From the NCBI RefSeq assembly GCF_009914755.1, contig NC_060929.1: a DNA stretch of 64,000 nt; one strand, 5' to 3'. Below are positions 56,928-64,000 of the stretch, one piece after another. The DNA comes from the human T2T-CHM13v2.0 reference genome, Homo sapiens. Below the pieces are notes generated by a model that saw nothing but the letters and a program-made list of their open reading frames with translations, was not told where the DNA came from and did no database searches. The stretch's first letter is position 1, and every line of letters begins with the position of its first letter. Made by a program: the position numbers and the translations under genes.

Positions 56928-59900
56928 ACTCGGGTTGATTACATCCTATTCCATTTCATTCCACTCCTTTTGTTTCCATTTCTTTCCACTAGTGTTGATT
57001 CCATTCCATTCCGTTCCATTCCACTCGCGTTGATTCCATCCCTTTCCACTCCATTCAAATCCATTCTTTGCCATTACTTTCCATTCCATTCCATTCCATT
57101 CTATTGCATTCCATTCCATTCCATTCCATTAAGCTCGTGTTGAGTCCCTTTCATTCCATTCCATTCCATTCCATTTCATTCCATTCCATTCCATTCCCGT
57201 TGGGTTCACTCCATTCCATCCCTTTCCATTCCATTCCATTCCATACCATTGCTTTCCATTCCACTTGGGTTGACTCCATTCCATTACATTCCTTTCCATT
57301 CCATTCCATTCCTTTCCATTGCACTCGTGTTGATTCCATTCCATTCCATTCCATTTCATTCCATTCCATTCCATTCCACTTTGGTTGATAATATTTCATT
57401 CCATTCCATTCCTTTTGATTCCATTCCATTCCACTCGTGTTGATTCCATTCCATTCCATTCCATTCCATTCAACGCGGATTGAGTCCATTCCATTCAATT
57501 CCATTCCATCCCTTCCATTCCATTCCATTATATTCCACTAGGGGTGATTCCAATCCATTCCATTCCATTCCATTCCTTTCCGTTCCATTCCATTCCGATC
57601 CATTCCATTCCAAGCGTGTTGATTCCATTCCATTTCTTTCCATTCCATTCCTTTCCATTCCATTCCAAGCGTGTTGCTTCCATTCCATTTCTTTCCATTC
57701 CATTCCTTTCCATTCCATTATACTCGTGTTGATTCCTTCCCATTCCATTCCATTCCATTTCATTCCATTCCACTCGTGTTGATTCCATTCTGTTCCATTC
57801 CATTCCATTCCACTCGCATGGATTTCATTCCATTCCTTTCCATTCCATTCCTTTCCATTCCATACCATTCCTTTCCATTCCGTTCCATTCAATTCCATTC
57901 CATTCCACTCGTGTTGATACCAATTCATTCCATTCTATTCCTATCCATTCCACTCCTGTTGATTCCAATCCATTCCATGCCATTCCATTCCATTCCATTC
58001 TATTCCATTCCATTCCATTCCATTCCATTCCATTCCCCACGTGTTGATTTCCATCCATTCAGTTCTTTTCCGTCTCATTCCTTTCCTTTACATTCATGTT
58101 GTCGTCATTCCATTCCATTATATTCCAATCAATTCCATTCCATTCCTTTCCAGTAGCGTTGATTCCTTTGCATTCCATTCCATTCCATGCTTTCCACTCG
58201 ATTTGACTCCAATGCATTCCATTCCATTCCTTTCAATTCCTTTCCATTTCATTCCAATCGTGTTGACTCCAATCCATTCCATTCCATTCCATTCCACTCG
58301 CGTTGATTAGATTCCATGGAATTCCATTTCACTCCATCCCATTCCTTTCCATTCCATTCCACTCGTGTTGATTAGATTCCATGGAATTCCATTTCACTGC
58401 ATTCTATTCCATTCCATTCCAGTCGGGATGATTCCATTTCTTTCCATTCCATTAAATTCTGGTTGAGTCCATTTCATTCCATTCCATTCCATTCCATTCT
58501 ATTCCATTCCGTTCCATTCCACTCGGGTTGACTCCTTTCCATTCCATTCCTTTCCATTCTATTCCATTCCATTCCATTCCATTCCATTCCATTCCATTCC
58601 ATTCCACTCGGGTTGATTCCATTCCATTGCATTCCGTTCCATTCCATTCCGTTCCACTCGGGTTGATTCCTTTACATTCCTTTCCATTCCATTTCATTCC
58701 ATTCCATTCCATTCCGTTCCCTTCCATTCCAAGAGAGTTGATTCCCTTCCATTCCTTTCCAATCCATTCCATTCCATTCCATTCCGTTCAACTCGGGTTG
58801 ATTCCATTCCATTCCATTCCACTCCATTCCATTCCATTCCATTCCACTCGGGTTGATTTCGTCCCATTCCTTTCCATTTCATTCGTTTTGATTCCATTCC
58901 ATTCCACTAGTGGTGATTCCCTCCCATTCCACTCCATTCTATTCCATTCCTTTCTATTCCATTCCATTCCATTCCCTTCCACTCTGGTTGATTCCATCCC
59001 ATTCCACTCCATTCCATTCCATTCCATTCCATTCCATTCCATTCCATTCTATTCCCTTCCATTCTATTCAATTCCATTTCATTCCATTCTATTCCATTCC
59101 ATTCCACTCGGGTGGATTCCATTCCATTCCATTCTATTCCATTCCATTCCATTCCATTCCATTCCATTCCATTCCATTCCATTCCATTACATTACATTCC
59201 CCTCAGGTTGATTCCATTCCATTCCTTTCCATTCCATTCCATTCCTTTCCATTCCATTCCATTCGATTCCTTTCCACTCAGGTTGATTTCATCCCATTCC
59301 ACTCCATTCCATTCCATTCCATTCCATTTCATTCATTTCGATTGCGTTCCATTTCATTCCTTTCCATTGCATTCCATTCCACTCGTGTGGATTCCATTCC
59401 AATCAAATCCATTCCATTCCATTCCATTCCATTCCTTTCCATTCCATTGCTTTCCATTCCATTCCATTCCATTAAATTCGGATTGATTCCATTTCATTCC
59501 ATTCCATTCCATTCCGTTCAATTCCATTATATTCCCTTGCATTCCATTCCATTCCATTCTATTCCATTCCATTCCATTCCACTCGGGTTGATTCCTTTCC
59601 TTTCCAGTCCTTCCCATTCCATTCCATTCTATTCTATTCCATTCCATTCCATTCCACTCGGGTTGATTCCTTTCCATTCCATTCCATTCCATTCCACTCG
59701 GGTTGATTCCTTTCCATTCCATTCCATTCCATTCCATTCCACTCGCGTTGATTCCATTGCATTCCATTCTATTCCATTCCATTTCATTCCACTCGGGTTG
59801 ATTCCAAACCATTCCACTCCAATCCGTTCCATTCCATTCCATTCCAATCTATTCCATTCAATTTAATTGCATTCCATTCCATTCCTTTCCATTCCATTAC

Positions 59901-61698
59901 ACTCGAGTTAATACCACTCCATTCCATTCCATTCCATTCCATTCCACTCTATTCCCTTCCATTTCATTCCATTCGATTCCATTTCATTCCATTCCATTCC
60001 ATTTCACTCCATTCCACTAGGGGTGATTTCATTATGTTCCATGCCATTCGAATCCATTCCATAACTTTCCATTCCATTGCATTCCAATCGGGTTGATTCC
60101 ATCCAGTTCCAGTCCAATCCATTCCATTCCGTTCCATTCAAATCTATTCCATTCCATTTAATTGCATTCTATTCCATTCCATTCCACTCGTGTGGATTCC
60201 ATTCCATTTTATTCCATTCCATTAAAATCGGTTTGAGTCCATTTCACTCCATTCCATTCCATTCCATTCCATTCCATTCCATTCCATTCCACTCGGGTTG
60301 ATTCCATTCCATTCCATTCCATTCCACTCAATTGCACTCCATTCCATTCCATTCCATTAAACTCGGTTTGGCTCCATTTCACTCCACTCCATTCCATTCT
60401 ATTCCTTTCCATTCGGGTTGATTCCATTCCATTCCTTTCCATTCCATTCCATTCCGTTCCATTCCATTCCAAGCGTGTTGATTCCATTCCATTGCATTCC
60501 ATTCCGTTGCATTCCATTCCCTTCCTTTCCATTCCATTCTGTTCCATTCCATTCCATTGCATTCCATTCGTGTTGATTCCATTCCATTCCATTCCATTTC
60601 ATTCCGTTCCATTCCATTAAATTACACTCAGTAGGATTCCGTTTCATTCCATTCCATCCCCTTCCACTCCATTCCATTCCATTCCTGTTCATACCATTCC
60701 ATTCCATTCCATTCCATTCCATTCCTTTCCATTCCATTCCATTCCTCTCAGGTTGATTCCTTTCCATTCCATTCCATTCCACTCGGGTTGATTCCGTTCC
60801 GGTCCATTCCATTCTATTCCACTCGGGTTGATTCCATTCCATTACATTGCATTCCATTCCACTCGGGTTGATACCATTCCATTCCGTTCCAATCCATGCC
60901 ATTCCATTCCATTCCATTCTATTCCATTTCACGTGCCTTGAATCCATTCCATTCCATTATAATCATTCGATTCCTTCCATTCCATTCCATTCCATTCCAA
61001 TCCATTCCATTCTATTCCATTCTACTGTGGTTAATTCCAACCCCTTCCACTCCATTGCATTCCATTCCATTCCATTTCATTCTATTTCATTCAAATCCAT
61101 TCCTTTCCATTCCACTCGGGTGGATTCCATTCCATTCCGTTCCATTCTAATCCACTCCATTCCATTCCATTCCTTTCCATTCCATTCCACTCAGGTTGAT
61201 ACCATTCCATTCCATTCCATTCTATTCCATTCCCTTCCATTCCACTCGTGTTGATTCCATTGCATTCCATTCCTTTCCATTCCATTCCATTCCATTCCAT
61301 TCCATTCCACTCGTGTTGATTCCTTTCCAGTCCATTCCATTCCATTCCAATCCATTCCACTCGGGTTGATTGCATTCCATTCCATTCCATTCCATTCCTT
61401 TTGATTCCATTCCATTCCACTCGTGTTTACTCCATTCCACTCCACTCCATTCCATTCCACTCGGATTGATTCAGTTTCATTGCTTTCCATTCCATTCCAT
61501 TCCATTCCACTCTGGTTGATTCCATTCCGTTCCATTCCATTCCATTCCGTTCCATTCCATTCCAAGCGTGTTGATTCCATTCTTTTCCTTTCCCATCCAT
61601 TCCATTCCATTGCATTCCACTCCATTCCATTCCACTCGGGTTGATTCCATTCCATTCCATTCCATTCCATTCCATTCCATTCCATTCCATTCCATTCC
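56928..61698 (+). repeat. HOR unit 11 (4771 bp)
   Basis: Landmark spacing; private 40-bp duplication at ~59656-59735. Confidence 0.93.
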
Positions 61699-64000
61699 AC
61701 TCGGGTTGATTACATCCTATTCCATTTCATTCCACTCCTTTTGTTTCCATTTCTTTCCACTAGTGTTGATTCCATTCCATTCCGTTCCATTCCACTCGCG
61801 TTGATTCCATCCCTTTCCACTCCATTCAAATCCATTCTTTGCCATTACTTTCCATTCCATTCCATTCCATTCTATTGCATTCCATTCCATTCCATTCCAT
61901 TAAGCTCGTGTTGAGTCCCTTTCATTCCATTCCATTCCATTCCATTTCATTCCATTCCATTCCATTCCCGTTGGGTTCACTCCATTCCATCCCTTTCCAT
62001 TCCATTCCATTCCATACCATTGCTTTCCATTCCACTTGGGTTGACTCCATTCCATTACATTCCTTTCCATTCCATTCCATTCCTTTCCATTGCACTCGTG
62101 TTGATTCCATTCCATTCCATTCCATTCCATTTCATTCCATTCCATTCCATTCCACTTTGGTTGATAATATTTCATTCCATTCCATTCCTTTTGATTCCAT
62201 TCCATTCCACTCGTGTTGATTCCATTCCATTCCATTCCATTCCATTCCATTCAACGCGGATTGAGTCCATTCCATTCAATTCCATTCCATCCCTTCCATT
62301 CCATTCCATTATATTCCACTAGGGGTGATTCCAATCCATTCCATTCCATTCCATTCCTTTCCGTTCCATTCCATTCCGATCCATTCCATTCCAAGCGTGT
62401 TGATTCCATTCCATTTCTTTCCATTCCATTCCTTTCCATTCCATTCCAAGCGTGTTGCTTCCATTCCATTTCTTTCCATTCCATTCCTTTCCATTCCATT
62501 ATACTCGTGTTGATTCCTTCCCATTCCATTCCATTCCATTTCATTCCATTCCACTCGTGTTGATTCCATTCTGTTCCATTCCATTCCATTCCACTCGCAT
62601 GGATTTCATTCCATTCCTTTCCATTCCATTCCTTTCCATTCCATACCATTCCTTTCCATTCCGTTCCATTCAATTCCATTCCATTCCACTCGTGTTGATA
62701 CCAATTCATTCCATTCTATTCCTATCCATTCCACTCCTGTTGATTCCAATCCATTCCATGCCATTCCATTCCATTCCATTCTATTCCATTCCATTCCATT
62801 CCATTCCATTCCATTCCATTCCCCACGTGTTGATTTCCATCCATTCAGTTCTTTTCCGTCTCATTCCTTTCCTTTACATTCATGTTGTCGTCATTCCATT
62901 CCATTATATTCCAATCAATTCCATTCCATTCCTTTCCAGTAGCGTTGATTCCTTTGCATTCCATTCCATTCCATGCTTTCCACTCGATTTGACTCCAATG
63001 CATTCCATTCCATTCCTTTCAATTCCTTTCCATTTCATTCCAATCGTGTTGACTCCAATCCATTCCATTCCATTCCATTCCACTCGCGTTGATTAGATTC
63101 CATGGAATTCCATTTCACTCCATCCCATTCCTTTCCATTCCATTCCACTCGTGTTGATTAGATTCCATGGAATTCCATTTCACTGCATTCTATTCCATTC
63201 CATTCCAGTCGGGATGATTCCATTTCTTTCCATTCCATTAAATTCTGGTTGAGTCCATTTCATTCCATTCCATTCCATTCCATTCTATTCCATTCCGTTC
63301 CATTCCACTCGGGTTGACTCCTTTCCATTCCATTCCTTTCCATTCTATTCCATTCCATTCCATTCCATTCCATTCCATTCCATTCCATTCCACTCGGGTT
63401 GATTCCATTCCATTGCATTCCGTTCCATTCCATTCCGTTCCACTCGGGTTGATTCCTTTACATTCCTTTCCATTCCATTTCATTCCATTCCATTCCATTC
63501 CGTTCCCTTCCATTCCAAGAGAGTTGATTCCCTTCCATTCCTTTCCAATCCATTCCATTCCATTCCATTCCATTCCATTCCGTTCAACTCGGGTTGATTC
63601 CATTCCATTCCATTCCACTCCATTCCATTCCATTCCATTCCATTCAGGTTGATTTCGTCCCATTCCTTTCCATTTCATTCGTTTTGATTCCATTCCATTC
63701 CACTAGTGGTGATTCCCTCCCATTCCACTCCATTCTATTCCATTCCTTTCTATTCCATTCCATTCCATTCCCTTCCACTCTGGTTGATTCCATCCCATTC
63801 CACTCCATTCCATTCCATTCCATTCCATTCCATTCCATTCCATTCCATTCTATTCCCTTCCATTCTATTCAATTCCATTTCATTCCATTCTATTCCATTC
63901 CATTCCACTCGGGTGGATTCCATTCCATTCCATTCTATTCCATTCCATTCCATTCCATTCCATTCCATTCCATTACATTACATTACATTCCCCTCAGGTT
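61699..64000 (+). repeat. HOR unit 12 (partial, cut by the window edge)
   Basis: Starts at the landmark and is collinear with the other units up to ATTACATTCCCCTCAGGTT at the window end; ATTCAGGTTG variant at ~63642. Confidence 0.92.

Larger units (their letters stand above)
1..64000 (+). repeat. Human Satellite III (HSat3)-type array, (ATTCC)n on + strand with interspersed ACTCGGGTTG-type decamers
   Basis: ATTCC pentamers run from end to end, interrupted every few tens to a few hundred bp by ACTCGGGTTG or variants (ACTCGTGTTG, ACTCGCGTTG, ATTCGGGTTG, ACTCTGGTTG). This is the classical Satellite III signature (CAACCCGAGT on the other strand). The ATTCG/ATGATG-rich units typical of HSat2 are not dominant. 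Orientation is the same throughout. Confidence 0.98.
9776..64000 (+). repeat. ~4.77-kb higher-order tandem repeat array (11 complete units plus 1 partial)
   Basis: The unique landmark ACTCGGGTTGATTACATCCTATT occurs at 9776, 13954, 18755, 23511, 28287, 33048, 37814, 42570, 47361, 52172, 56928 and 61699. The ORF track repeats with the same spacing (the MPLLSIPFHSILL... ORF starts 140 bp after each landmark). Confidence 0.97.

Noticed and set aside
1-64000. Hundreds of ORFs up to 427 aa (FHSIP repeats on +, MEWNG repeats on -), e.g. 44175-45458
   Set aside because: (ATTCC)n has no stop codon in any frame on either strand, so long ORFs are expected. ORF boundaries change between near-identical units whenever a pentamer is gained or lost, so no reading frame is being conserved. 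No recognisable domains.
9776-64000. CRISPR-like alternation of a conserved ACTCGGGTTG motif with variable-length intervals
   Set aside because: The intervals are ATTCC satellite rather than unique spacers, lengths are irregular, there are no cas genes, and the context is eukaryotic satellite.
1-64000. Assignment as HSat2, telomeric repeat, or a named chromosome/subfamily (DYZ1, D15Z1, chr9 HSat3)
   Set aside because: HSat2 ATGATG/ATTCG-rich units and TTAGGG repeats are lacking, and the 4.77-kb period does not match the classical units I recall. Subfamily assignment needs a k-mer comparison I cannot run.
1-64000. Mobile element insertion or large inversion
   Set aside because: I saw no Alu, L1 or LTR-like sequence, no poly-A tract and no extended GGAAT-strand segment on the + strand.
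13954-64000. HOR as an assembly artefact (collapsed or duplicated reads)
   Set aside because: Units carry distinct, partly shared combinations of variants and private duplications, which is more consistent with real copies. Read-level confirmation is still needed.

Overview
The whole 64 kb window is non-coding pericentromeric satellite DNA of the human/great-ape Satellite III (HSat3) type. It consists of (ATTCC)n pentamers on the + strand ((GGAAT)n on the - strand), punctuated by the diagnostic decamer ACTCGGGTTG and its variants. I saw no genes, RNA genes, transposon insertions or large strand inversions, and every ORF in the track is a translation artefact of the pentamer (FHSIP/MEWNG repeats). 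The window has two domains. (1) Positions 1 to ~9.7 kb are an older, irregular layer built from shuffled, diverged 0.25-0.9 kb modules. (2) From ~9,776 to the end is a very homogeneous tandem higher-order repeat (HOR) of ~4.77 kb. It has 11 complete units and 1 partial unit, and the first unit lacks ~580 bp. Units differ mainly by whole-pentamer slippage, a few shared diagnostic variants (two interleaved subtypes, with a hint of 3-unit periodicity) and private SNVs. Each unit carries a 65-bp internal duplication containing a single inverted pentamer (overlapping palindromes, NcoI/EcoRI sites) next to a 10/11 match to the DUX4 motif. I found no evidence for a novel protein-coding system; the points of interest are array architecture and possible transcription-factor docking. 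All coordinates and counts were read by eye and may be off by a few bases.
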